This document shows positions 37,070 through 46,650 of a DNA stretch of 64,000 bases, piece by piece. The position numbers and the translations under genes are program-made. Source of the DNA: a virus (taxonomy: Duplodnaviria > Caudoviricetes). The notes below the pieces were generated by a model. It saw only the letters and a list, made by a program, of their open reading frames with translations. It had not been told where the DNA came from and ran no database searches. Position 1 is the first letter of the stretch, and every line of letters begins with the position of its first letter. The stretch spans positions 17,756 through 81,755 of the IMG/VR virus record IMGVR_UViG_3300028797_002495. One strand, written 5' to 3'.

Positions 37070-37880
37070 CGTAACTCTCCTTCATACTCTGGTGATATCC
37101 ATATTTGCCAAAATATTTTTCCTCTCCTTGAATACGAGCAGATATAGCATTATTAATGTTTGAATAGTTTCCTAAATGAATAGTTTTACCATTATACCAA
37201 ATATATGCTCGCCACTTACCTTTTTCAAAACTTACACCGGTTACACCGCTAGTGTTATTAATCGCTAATTTTTCATTCATTGTATTTTGATGTGTCGTTA
37301 CCAAACGTAATTTTTCTTTTCGATTATCCCAATTGTTATGTTCTTTATGATCAACGACAATTTTAGGATCATCAATTTCCATTACTAATCGATGCATCAT
37401 AATTTCTTTAGCTCTTTTTGAAACTATATAACCATTAGGATTTTCTTTCCACGAGTGTAATTTAATTTTGTCAAAGTCTTCAAGGTCAAAATAAAATTCT
37501 CTATTAGTATTATATGTCCAACCTCTTCCATATTCTCCTGTTAAATCATATTGATTTTCTTTTTTTCTTTGATGACAACATTCTAATTTATAGCAACCAC
37601 AAGATTGAGCACTCCCACTAGTTAGACCGTCTTTTCTATGTATAGATATATTTCCACAATCACATAAACATAGATATTTTCTATTGCCAATATAATACAA
37701 CACTTTTAATCTGCCAAATTTTTGCCCAGCTATATCATAATATTGCTGATGCATTTTAACATAGGGATATTGTACTTGATAATCTCTAATGATTTCTAAT
37801 TCTTTTAAAGAATATTGATTAATTAAACATAATTCTTTTAAGTCTATATTTATTATCTCATCTAAAACATTTGATTTCAT
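37047..37880 (-). CDS. Free-standing HNH-AP2 homing endonuclease
   Basis: GQKFGRLKV..CLCDCG..SCGC; DHKEHNNWDNRKEKLR..N; NTSGVTGVSF..WRAYI AP2 domain. Confidence 0.9.
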   Translation of the reverse strand: MKSNVLDEIINIDLKELCLINQYSLKELEIIRDYQVQYPYVKMHQQYYDIAGQKFGRLKVLYYIGNRKYLCLCDCGNISIHRKDGLTSGSAQSCGCYKLECCHQRKKENQYDLTGEYGRGWTYNTNREFYFDLEDFDKIKLHSWKENPNGYIVSKRAKEIMMHRLVMEIDDPKIVVDHKEHNNWDNRKEKLRLVTTHQNTMNEKLAINNTSGVTGVSFEKGKWRAYIWYNGKTIHLGNYSNINNAISARIQGEEKYFGKYGYHQSMKESYDENKCVG

Positions 37881-37919
37881 TCTTTCTCCTCTGGGATTTC
37901 TTCAAATCATGAGTGTTTA

Positions 37920-38534
37920 TTACTTGTGACTATTCCTATATTTAGCCCTTATTTTTTCAGCAGTATCACTAATATCCATACAATGTTCAGTTATTCCTTC
38001 TGTAGAATATCTTCTCCATCTCATTTCATCAGCCATATGATAATCTCCACAGACATAATCTGTATAATGTCCTTGCGGTGCCCATTTATTTATTTTTTGA
38101 TTATGTTCGAAACACTCTTGACATTCCGGACTTATCCATCCAGTATCCAACATCGGAACATCTGGCTTGCCGCATCTTATGCAAATATTCTCACTAAGAG
38201 TGCTATATTTTTCTACAATATTATGTATTTCGTCTGCCCCTGAAAAATAAAAACGAAGCTGTCCATACTTTTCTTTAATCTGTTCTATATAGATTGTCGT
38301 ATTAGTTTGCTTGAGGACTTTATCTATTTCTTCAAACATCATGTCTCCAAAAGCTTTTCTCCAACCTCCAGGTAGATCATCTGCCCAGGTGGTTTCATAT
38401 CTATAATCTTTCCATATTTTACCATTCCATACATTATAAGGTTTAAGCCAAGGATACTTCTTTATTAACTTTTTATTTTGTATTCTTCTACGTTTTATTT
38501 TTATGCGTTCTTTTTTATTATTTGCTATCCTCAT
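37920..38534 (-). CDS. Conserved phage hypothetical protein
   Basis: EQIKEKYGQLRFY..SENICIRCG..CQEC. Confidence 0.65.
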   Translation of the reverse strand: MRIANNKKERIKIKRRRIQNKKLIKKYPWLKPYNVWNGKIWKDYRYETTWADDLPGGWRKAFGDMMFEEIDKVLKQTNTTIYIEQIKEKYGQLRFYFSGADEIHNIVEKYSTLSENICIRCGKPDVPMLDTGWISPECQECFEHNQKINKWAPQGHYTDYVCGDYHMADEMRWRRYSTEGITEHCMDISDTAEKIRAKYRNSHK

Positions 38535-38537
38535 TTA

Positions 38538-38837
38538 TTACTCCTGTAATTTCAAAGTAAAATCACTTCTACTCCATCCACCATGCCCATTTACTTCTTT
38601 AATTTCCTTATCTAAATATTCAGCTGGTAGTGAAGATAATAATTTCCCACATCTATATTCGCATTTAGGATTTCCAAAAACTTCTCTTTGTTCATATATT
38701 CCTATATAACCCCATTCAAAAGGATAGTCTGTAAGTAACTCGTCAACAAATTCCTTTACGGTCATAGGTTTACTAATAGCGACATCATATAATCCAGTAC
38801 AATCTGATCCAAATGTTATCTGTTTAAAAGTTATCAT
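38538..38837 (-). CDS. Hypothetical protein
   Basis: ORF track; RBS GGAGG. Confidence 0.6.
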   Translation of the reverse strand: MITFKQITFGSDCTGLYDVAISKPMTVKEFVDELLTDYPFEWGYIGIYEQREVFGNPKCEYRCGKLLSSLPAEYLDKEIKEVNGHGGWSRSDFTLKLQE

Positions 38838-38854
38838 ATTTCCTCCAAATTATT

Positions 38855-39058
38855 TTATTTGCAATCATCTTCAAAGGGAAATCTATAATCCTTTCCTAAA
38901 TATTTATATTCTTGTTCTAACTCTCCGTCTTCATTTATCATTACATCGTTGACAGCTTGAAGATAATGACCAAAGAAACAAATCACTTCTCCTTTTCGTG
39001 CTCTTGTAGTAAATGAAGCACATTTAGTTGGATCGATTCCAGTAATTTTAATATTCAT
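38855..39058 (-). CDS. Hypothetical protein
   Basis: ORF track; RBS AAGGAG. Confidence 0.55.
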   Translation of the reverse strand: MNIKITGIDPTKCASFTTRARKGEVICFFGHYLQAVNDVMINEDGELEQEYKYLGKDYRFPFEDDCK

Positions 39059-39075
39059 AATATACTCCTTACAAA

Positions 39076-39109
39076 GAAAGTCGCTTTAAATAAACTTAAA
39101 ACGACTTTC
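39076..39109. terminator. Intergenic hairpin, possible terminator
   Basis: GAAAGTCG...CGACTTTC with an inner TTTAA/TTAAA stem; weak U-tract. Confidence 0.4.
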
Positions 39110-39125
39110 AAATTATTTATAAAGA

Positions 39126-39398
39126 TTAAAATCCAAATATGTTTAATAAAGAAGCAACATACGGATAGTCTTCAAGATCAACAAGTTTTGTCGAATAGCT
39201 TTCATAATCTTCAAGATACTTTTCTTGCAAAGTCTTATATTTCTTATAAGCTTCTTTGACTTCCTGTAAACGAGCTTCTCTTTCTTTTTCCTTCTTAAGT
39301 TTTTCAGATGCTTCGGCTAACTTTTTTTCTTCATAAGCCTTGCATTCTTTTTCTGTTTCAAACTGCTTGCCGTCCTCGGCTAAATACATTGTCTTCAT
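39126..39398 (-). CDS. Hypothetical coiled-coil protein
   Basis: YLAEDGKQFETEKECKAYE motif; RBS AAGGAG. Confidence 0.6.
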   Translation of the reverse strand: MKTMYLAEDGKQFETEKECKAYEEKKLAEASEKLKKEKEREARLQEVKEAYKKYKTLQEKYLEDYESYSTKLVDLEDYPYVASLLNIFGF

Positions 39399-39410
39399 AT
39401 TCTTTCTCCT

Positions 39411-40514
39411 TTAAAATAAATCTTCATCTTCTGTACTGTTATCTAAAGTATCTATATAGTCTCTTAAATAAGGACATTCTTTACTATGAGAGCAAAGTTG
39501 TTGGCAAAAGAATGTGTCTCTTACTTCTTTACCGTTCTTTTGAACTTTAGTGAAAGACCTTGGAGGATAATTCTTAACATCGTCACCAAGCGATTCCCAC
39601 ATTTCAATAGTTTGATTAATATAATCTTCACACTCTTGCTTAACTTCATCTGTTACCTCATATTTAAGAACACATGGTTTCATTTTATATTTGCTCTGAA
39701 TCTCTTCAGGAAGACAATCAAACTTATTGGTGCTCTTAAATTCATTTAAATATATCTCGGTGTCAACTTCATCATAACCTGCATCAAGTAAATCTCTTTC
39801 AACATATTTTTCAAGTTCTGTTCCAATCTTTTTACGTTCTATGGTTTTAGTGAGCAATGTCTTTTCTTTGCTCTTTGCTGTTTTATATCCCATAAATTCA
39901 ACATCGACATATTTTAAGAAAATCCATGCAACCGATTCTACTTGTTTATCTTCCTGCTCTTTGCCCATTTGATACACAACGAGCTGACGACCATGAGATT
40001 TTAAATCTTCACCTTTATATAAGGTGCTAGTTTTATAATCGTAAATGTCCAATCCGTTCTTTTTAAGATTTTGTAAATCTATATAGCCGATCAAGACATG
40101 TCCATGGCTAGTTGTATATATAAATAATTCCTCAGTAGATAAATTTTTATTTCTTGGAGCTTTGTATGTTGTACAAAAATGCTCCATATCTTTTATCCAA
40201 CCTTCACGAATCGAATCACCGCCTTTAGAATCCTTCGGAAATGTTATATCAAGAGTATCCATATCATCTAGTTCAGTTTGCATTGCAGGAAGTAAGTCCT
40301 CCTCAGTGTTTTCTCCATTGGTTATGCCTTCAAGAATATCATGAATCTTCCCACCCATAATGGCATATACATTATTGCTGCCACGCTTATGTAATTTATA
40401 AGTAAGATAAGCACCATATAAACAATTATTGATACTATCTATGCGTGATATTGAATAAATCGGAACGCCCTTGTCATACAGTTCTTGAAGTCTAGGATCA
40501 ACTTCTCGTGTCAT
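39411..40514 (-). CDS. PD-(D/E)XK nuclease (RecB/Cas4-like exonuclease)
   Basis: YSISRI..C; GGKIHDILE; GYIDL..IYDYKT; QLVVY; C-terminal FFC..LC..SKEC. Confidence 0.85.
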   Translation of the reverse strand: MTREVDPRLQELYDKGVPIYSISRIDSINNCLYGAYLTYKLHKRGSNNVYAIMGGKIHDILEGITNGENTEEDLLPAMQTELDDMDTLDITFPKDSKGGDSIREGWIKDMEHFCTTYKAPRNKNLSTEELFIYTTSHGHVLIGYIDLQNLKKNGLDIYDYKTSTLYKGEDLKSHGRQLVVYQMGKEQEDKQVESVAWIFLKYVDVEFMGYKTAKSKEKTLLTKTIERKKIGTELEKYVERDLLDAGYDEVDTEIYLNEFKSTNKFDCLPEEIQSKYKMKPCVLKYEVTDEVKQECEDYINQTIEMWESLGDDVKNYPPRSFTKVQKNGKEVRDTFFCQQLCSHSKECPYLRDYIDTLDNSTEDEDLF

Positions 40515-41532
40515 TTTCTACCTCTTTACAACTGATTCTGCTATGTTTGTATAAGTTCTGCCATATTTCTTTTCCAAGATCTGTAGGAGAAGCTTTACTC
40601 CCCTTTGGCAGATATAAATTATCTTTATCAAAAATGTATGAAACATTATTTTTATAAGTAAAATTATCCACAACCAACTTATTGGCTTCATACTTTATTT
40701 CGTCCTCACATAAAGATTCATCAAAAGCTACAATAATATTTTCTATCATTAAACTTTTAATTATTCTCGCCTGAGTATCACTAATGCTATGTCCGGCAAT
40801 TGCACATGTACAACATAATCCGAAGTCCCATGCCTGCATTACTGATTTTTCTGATTCAAAAATTATCAAAGTCCTTTTGTTAATTATATTTTTATAATTC
40901 CAGTTTATTCCGTAGACCACATGACTTTTAGCATATGGAAGCCAAGCGAACCAACGATTATTATAATCTTCGTTAGAGTTATTTCTTGCTTTAACCCCCA
41001 CCAGTTCATCGGTCATAGAATAAACTGGAATTAAAATACAATCATCTTCATGACAATATCTCACTTTAAAATGTTTCTGTGCTTCAACAGAGATATGGTC
41101 ATCAATAAAAAGTTTGCTAAAACTATCTAATGGTGGGAGCAGATTTTCGTTATAGATCTTCAAAGAGGATTCTGGCTCCAATTGCTCTTTTAAGATGCGT
41201 TTATAGAATGCATTAAAAGGCAATTTAATATCATATTGGAGGTTATGAGTGATTCCTAGCCACTTGGCTATGGTATCGAGAGCTTTTGGAAAGTTACAGC
41301 CAAGGTCATCCATGACTAATGTAAATAGGTTCCCGCTCCCACCGTGGGAAAAGTTTTGATATCCTAATGTATCAATGAGTATGCTACAAGCATTAGGATT
41401 ATCTCCGCTTATATTAGCAAACGTTATATATTTGCCACGAGCTTGTATACGCTCATGACCTAATTTAGTCAAGACTTTAATAATGTTATCTGTGTTGTCT
41501 ATAAGTTCATTATTAAGAGTCTGAACATTCAT
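40498..41532 (-). CDS. DNA primase-like Toprim protein
   Basis: ILIPVY..LVGVKAR; IIFESEKSVM; IIVAFDE. Confidence 0.8.
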   Translation of the reverse strand: MNVQTLNNELIDNTDNIIKVLTKLGHERIQARGKYITFANISGDNPNACSILIDTLGYQNFSHGGSGNLFTLVMDDLGCNFPKALDTIAKWLGITHNLQYDIKLPFNAFYKRILKEQLEPESSLKIYNENLLPPLDSFSKLFIDDHISVEAQKHFKVRYCHEDDCILIPVYSMTDELVGVKARNNSNEDYNNRWFAWLPYAKSHVVYGINWNYKNIINKRTLIIFESEKSVMQAWDFGLCCTCAIAGHSISDTQARIIKSLMIENIIVAFDESLCEDEIKYEANKLVVDNFTYKNNVSYIFDKDNLYLPKGSKASPTDLGKEIWQNLYKHSRISCKEVENDTRS

Positions 41533-41541
41533 CTTTTGTAC

Positions 41542-42123
41542 CTACCAAGTTTTATTATTATTATATACCCATTCGTCTGCTTGTTCTTGAGTATATCCAG
41601 CCTTTACCATCTCTTCAGCCAATCTTCTTCTATAATACTGATGAAGATTGTCATGCAGTCCTTTAACATTGGCAGATGTTGGATGTTCTTTTACTCTCCT
41701 ATATATTTCAGATATCATGGTTTTATCTGATACCCAAGAGAGTTCTTTCTGAACATATTCTTCAGTAAATTCTATTTTCTTACGCTTACATCTTCTGTAT
41801 AATTTCTTTACATCACGAAGATACCATGCAAATCTTTCTTCTTCTTCCTGATCTACAAATGAACGGCTTCCAATATGTGCTGTATAAAAACCGTCTTTAT
41901 TTCCTCCTGCTGCACCAACAAGAAACGCCGCATATGGTAAAAGATCTTTTATACTTTTTATATCTAAAAGCAATTCTCCTTCCCATTCTAATGTTTTTTC
42001 GTTAAGGTGTGTGTCAGGAGTATATTGATATATTTTTATTTTAGACCAATCAGATTCATCGTTTAATTCTCTTATATTTACAAGAGAATCCCATAAATCA
42101 CATTTACCACAATATTCACTAAT
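41542..42123 (-). CDS. Hypothetical protein, probably initiating at ATT 42123 (193 aa) rather than TTG 41973
   Basis: 50 extra in-frame sense codons; GGAGG 8 nt before ATT; promoter directly upstream. Confidence 0.55.
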   Translation of the reverse strand: MSEYCGKCDLWDSLVNIRELNDESDWSKIKIYQYTPDTHLNEKTLEWEGELLLDIKSIKDLLPYAAFLVGAAGGNKDGFYTAHIGSRSFVDQEEEERFAWYLRDVKKLYRRCKRKKIEFTEEYVQKELSWVSDKTMISEIYRRVKEHPTSANVKGLHDNLHQYYRRRLAEEMVKAGYTQEQADEWVYNNNKTW

Positions 42124-42163
42124 AGCAACCGCCTCCCTTCTTATATTACTTTATCACTTTATA

Positions 42164-42175
42164 TAATTTTGTCAA
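42164..42175 (-). promoter_or_regulatory. SigA-type promoter (3 of 6)
   Basis: TTGACAAAATTA; TGa-TAAAGT 16 nt after TTGACA. Confidence 0.75.
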
Positions 42176-42369
42176 GTGTTATCTGGAGAATATTTTCCAA
42201 GAATTGATAAATCAATATTTAAATCAATAAGTTCAGTGAGAACAAATGTAATTCCTTTAGCAATTCCGGTTTCAAATATCATTTTCTGTTCATTAGTTAA
42301 CGGACTGTTGGTTTCAATTTCCTTATAAAATTCATTAATATAATCTATTAATTTTCTTTCGTTACTCAT
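42172..42369 (-). CDS. Hypothetical protein
   Basis: ORF track; RBS AAGGTAG. Confidence 0.5.
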   Translation of the reverse strand: MSNERKLIDYINEFYKEIETNSPLTNEQKMIFETGIAKGITFVLTELIDLNIDLSILGKYSPDNT

Positions 42370-42514
42370 TAATCTACCTTTCTTGCTTCTACAGAATCAA
42401 ATAGCCTAATGTATTTATACCAAAATACCCAGAACCATGAGATCCAATTTGGACAATATCTTACTAAAGTCCACGACCAACTTCTATTATTTTTTATTAA
42501 TATTGCTTTCATAA

Positions 42515-43966
42515 TTACCTCGTTCTAAACTGATCAAATGGACACTCATACCATCCGACATCTTTATAGGTATTAAAATTTAAATTACGTTCCATGATAA
42601 TTTGAGGATCTTCTTCTCCAAATCTATTTTTAGGAGTAAACACCATAATATAGTCTTTATTATCATCTAAATCAGTAATCTTTCTAATTTTACCATCATA
42701 ATTATATGGTTTAACTTTCGTTTTTTCGTCCGATGTTATAGGTCGTAACATTACAACTTGTGTTGCTGTTTCTCCTATGGCTTTTGCCTTACCGATACAA
42801 GTCATATCAAGATACATTCTTGTCATTGCTTCAGGAGAAAGCTGACAGGTTGCTATTGCAGCTACATCAAGTTTTTTAGCTTGTAAAAATATTCCTTTTG
42901 CAACTTCTGAAAATTCCCCCCACGCCTTATCTGAAGCGTCATTTTCTGGCTTAAGAGTATCTATAATAAAATAACTACAACCAATTGCTGCATATTTTGA
43001 CATAAGTTTTTTAATATTTTCTACTCCATAATCTTGAGTTTCAAGAAATAAAATTTTACCCGGTTGATTTTCTAACCAGTCGGCGGCTTCTTTCATCTTC
43101 TTTTTATGTTCTTCAGTAAATCCACCCACCATCATCTTTCTTCTAGAAAATCCATCAACTTTACCAATTTTATTAAATAAAACTGTTGATAAAATCATCT
43201 GTCTCCATTCAGAAACACCTTGTTCATTTGCAATAACTACAACGTCTTGTGTTTCTATGGCTGGTAAAATATACCAAGCGATTGCTGAAGAAGTTTTACC
43301 TTTACCTATACTAGCTAAATGAAGCAGTAAATTAGATTTATGAACTCCTAACAATCTATAATTAAGCATCGATGAACCAACTTTAAATCCTATACTGGCT
43401 CCCTTATCCCATTCTTCAATCCACTCATCATATCCTTGAGTAAGATCTTCAGCATGAATTTTTTCAATCTTACCAACCGCTATGTTGCTTAACTGATATT
43501 CGTAATAGGCATAAACTTCGTTTGAATTCATTTCATTAAATTTATCTAGCTTACTAAGAACATCAAATCCTGCGTTTTTAAGACGAATTAATAAATTACT
43601 TTTTACTAAATCATCATAATAAGCATCTATGTTATTAAGAGACAACATGCTAGTTATCTCTTTTACGGTTCCGCTACCACCTCTACGTTCCCAGCCGTCC
43701 TTAAGAGTTTTCTTATCTTCAAGAAAAGTATAGATACTCATATTATCAGCACTATTAAATCCAGCCTTTTTCATTCCTTGAAGAATACCATAATAGAACT
43801 GTCCGTCTTCTGTAATTAAGTCTTCACCATTAACTATATTAGAATAGTCATTCATCAGACTCATATCTTTATAAAGAGAAAGGACAAAGTTGCACTCTAA
43901 AACCTGTCTCTTTTCAAGTAATTCTTTAGGTATATCTTTAGTCTTCAATCTTCGTCCTCCAACCAT
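42515..43966 (-). CDS. DnaB-like replicative helicase
   Basis: Walker A ASIGKGKTS, ANEQ, Walker B FIIDTLK, TCQL, KNRFG. Confidence 0.9.
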   Translation of the reverse strand: MVGGRRLKTKDIPKELLEKRQVLECNFVLSLYKDMSLMNDYSNIVNGEDLITEDGQFYYGILQGMKKAGFNSADNMSIYTFLEDKKTLKDGWERRGGSGTVKEITSMLSLNNIDAYYDDLVKSNLLIRLKNAGFDVLSKLDKFNEMNSNEVYAYYEYQLSNIAVGKIEKIHAEDLTQGYDEWIEEWDKGASIGFKVGSSMLNYRLLGVHKSNLLLHLASIGKGKTSSAIAWYILPAIETQDVVVIANEQGVSEWRQMILSTVLFNKIGKVDGFSRRKMMVGGFTEEHKKKMKEAADWLENQPGKILFLETQDYGVENIKKLMSKYAAIGCSYFIIDTLKPENDASDKAWGEFSEVAKGIFLQAKKLDVAAIATCQLSPEAMTRMYLDMTCIGKAKAIGETATQVVMLRPITSDEKTKVKPYNYDGKIRKITDLDDNKDYIMVFTPKNRFGEEDPQIIMERNLNFNTYKDVGWYECPFDQFRTR

Positions 43967-44457
43967 TTACTAATATTTGTTGCGGATTGTTTCTTATGCT
44001 TTAAATTAATATCTTCGATGTTAATAATTTCAGCTTTTAATCCGCTATTTTTTCTTCTTTCTTTCACAATCTTTTTGTATTCGTCCATGACATTATTATC
44101 TATAATCGCCATTATATACATGACCTTAGCAACCTCACTGCCAAAATCTTTATTTTTTAAAGCCCATTCTATAGATTTAGCCTGAGATATCATTGTATTA
44201 TATACCGCTTCATATCCCACACCTTCTTCGTACTTTTTATTTTTCAGTAGTTTAAAAAAATAAGTTGGTAGGATCATGTTAGGTTTATAACCCATAACCT
44301 CGAACATTTTATCTATACATTTATTTTTATATTCTATGTTTGTTTTCCATTTAATATAAGCTTCTTCAGTTGAAAAGTATTTTTTATTTGGGGCACGAAA
44401 AGAAATATCACTTGTTGACATCTCTCCTGTATCGACCAATTTTACTAATCTACCCAT
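43945..44457 (-). CDS. Hypothetical protein, possible helicase loader
   Basis: Directly upstream of and overlapping the helicase; inferred from position only. Confidence 0.5.
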   Translation of the reverse strand: MGRLVKLVDTGEMSTSDISFRAPNKKYFSTEEAYIKWKTNIEYKNKCIDKMFEVMGYKPNMILPTYFFKLLKNKKYEEGVGYEAVYNTMISQAKSIEWALKNKDFGSEVAKVMYIMAIIDNNVMDEYKKIVKERRKNSGLKAEIINIEDINLKHKKQSATNISKWLEDED

Positions 44458-44466
44458 CTTAATCTC

Positions 44467-44859
44467 CTAATACCAAATATCTGACCGATCATATCTTGTC
44501 GGCATATAAGCCCAAGCAAGCACATCGTCATTTTTATATCCATCAAATGTTTCGCCGTTCCATTTAGCAACGTCAACCTCTTTTGTAGTATCTGCCGGTG
44601 TAATTAAAAATTTATGTCCTATTTCGTATTTAGTCGGCAATTTGCTATATTTAGGTTGAGACCACTCAATAACATAAGGCATATCATTTAATGGAATATT
44701 ATATCCAGCCATAACTAAAAATGAAGCAGCCGATTGTATAAGTTTGTGAGCTAAATCATTTTCTTCAATTTCTTCAAAATTTTGTTCAACTTTATATTTA
44801 CCAATACCTTCGTCTGCATAATCATATTTAATCTTTAATTTTGCATATTCTCTTTCCAT
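44467..44859 (-). CDS. Hypothetical protein
   Basis: ORF track; C-terminal VLAWAYMP (DUF551-like). Confidence 0.55.
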   Translation of the reverse strand: MEREYAKLKIKYDYADEGIGKYKVEQNFEEIEENDLAHKLIQSAASFLVMAGYNIPLNDMPYVIEWSQPKYSKLPTKYEIGHKFLITPADTTKEVDVAKWNGETFDGYKNDDVLAWAYMPTRYDRSDIWY

Positions 44860-44908
44860 AAAACCTCCAAGGTGGAGGTCTTCATACCTCCACCATCATC
44901 CAAGGGGA

Positions 44909-45511
44909 TTAAAATTGATTAATGTCTATATAATACCTGTTAATTCCATGTGCTCTTTCAAGTTTATAACCATGTTTGAGTAAAAGATGTTCCCATTCAT
45001 TATGACAAGGAATTGTAGTACCGGGTTTAGTTGATTCCATACAGAACACCCAAGGTCTATAATTCCAGTCCCAACCCTCAAGAACTTGTTTTTCGAAACC
45101 TTCAACATCTATCTTGCAAAAATGAATTGTTTCAGGTTTATATTTGTTAAGTATCTCAGTCATAGTAAACACTTCAACTTGAAGAGCAGGCTTTGTTTCA
45201 TAGTGATTTTCATAGATAACCTTGCTACTAAACGTAGAGCCATAATCACACACTCTCATAGTAAGTATGTCGTGTTTATTACCAACTCCAATATTAAGAT
45301 TAATATCACGGTCACGCTTTTGGCATAATTCTTGATACATATCTGGAAGTGGTTCTATATTAATTCCATTCCAACCTTGTTCATAAAATAACTTGGTTAC
45401 GCTTAGAGCGTCGGGGCTATTTGCCCCAACATCTATATAAAAACCTTTATTAACATCTTTAAGAATTTCTGCAAGGATTATATCCTCTTGGTCTTGTGCA
45501 TATGTAATCAT
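44909..45511 (-). CDS. FkbM-family SAM-dependent methyltransferase
   Basis: YIDVGAN, GINIEP, FCKIDVEGFEKQVL. Confidence 0.88.
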   Translation of the reverse strand: MITYAQDQEDIILAEILKDVNKGFYIDVGANSPDALSVTKLFYEQGWNGINIEPLPDMYQELCQKRDRDINLNIGVGNKHDILTMRVCDYGSTFSSKVIYENHYETKPALQVEVFTMTEILNKYKPETIHFCKIDVEGFEKQVLEGWDWNYRPWVFCMESTKPGTTIPCHNEWEHLLLKHGYKLERAHGINRYYIDINQF

Positions 45512-46644
45512 TAAAATAACTCCGCTATCTCTTTAAGAATTGTTATGTTTAATTCGGGATCTGTAAACTTCTTTACGCCACCAGACGCAAGCAGTTCCTT
45601 TGCTTTCTTCTTAGTATCAACATCTGCATCTTGGAACTTTTCCTGAATAATTGCTATGTAATCATCACGGTTCTCTTCAAGTTCAGCTTCGATCTTTTTT
45701 TCACGAGCCTTTGCTGAATTTTCTGATGCAACTTTTGCAGCTTCTTTAGCCTCAGCCTTTTGCTTCTTAGTCGCTTCTGCTACAGATATTCCATCATAAC
45801 TCTGTTCTGCAAGAATTGCATCCTGCATAGCCTTAATAAATGCGTCAGAATCAAAAGGAATTCTATCTACAATGTTAGCAAATCTACATTTACTATCTAC
45901 GGAATAAGTGTCATCACGGAAATTAATTACACGAGATTCAGCTGAAATTCTATTTTTCTCAATTTCTTTTCCGTCTTTATCTTTCTTTTTGCTCTTGTAC
46001 TTTACTAAGTCACGATCGATATATGCCATTCCTAAAAAATCCAACTTTGTTTTAATAGCATTAAAATATTTCTGAGTCGTATTAGCGGTTAACATTGTGT
46101 ACTGTTCTTCTGTCATAACATCAGTAATATCTGTTCTTTTAACATGAGATATTATAATAAAAGAAACACCAACACTTTTTAATTCCCACAGCTTGCTCAA
46201 CATAATATCTATGGTTTTATCAAGACCTTTACCATACGAACCCCACGCACTATTAATTGTTTCTGCTTTTGGTTTATCTGTACCGGCAATTTTCTTATTG
46301 TATAATCTTATCGCTTCTTTTTCGGCAATATCACAAAGCTGATCATAAGTATCAATAACAACCACTTGAAGCTTTGGATAATCAGAATCTTTATTCTCCA
46401 CTATATCATCAACAATTTCAGTAAATGTTTCCCAGTTTGGAACTGATTCTGTAACAATTCCAGATATAGCTTTATGTCCGTCTTCCTTGCCTATATCAAG
46501 AGAAATATATCCCTCGTCTCCTACAAGTTTCTCACAAACTTGTTTAATAATTGTTGATTTTCCCACCCCGGATTCTCCGCATAAACCTATGTTATATGCT
46601 AGTGGATTTAAATTTATTTCGTTTTTCTTACCAAACTTTGCCAT
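45511..46644 (-). CDS. AAA_24 / Sak4-like P-loop ATPase
   Basis: GESGVGKS, VVIDTYD, FIIISH, CRFANIVDRIPF. Confidence 0.85.
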   Translation of the reverse strand: MAKFGKKNEINLNPLAYNIGLCGESGVGKSTIIKQVCEKLVGDEGYISLDIGKEDGHKAISGIVTESVPNWETFTEIVDDIVENKDSDYPKLQVVVIDTYDQLCDIAEKEAIRLYNKKIAGTDKPKAETINSAWGSYGKGLDKTIDIMLSKLWELKSVGVSFIIISHVKRTDITDVMTEEQYTMLTANTTQKYFNAIKTKLDFLGMAYIDRDLVKYKSKKKDKDGKEIEKNRISAESRVINFRDDTYSVDSKCRFANIVDRIPFDSDAFIKAMQDAILAEQSYDGISVAEATKKQKAEAKEAAKVASENSAKAREKKIEAELEENRDDYIAIIQEKFQDADVDTKKKAKELLASGGVKKFTDPELNITILKEIAELF

Positions 46645-46650
46645 TTTAAA

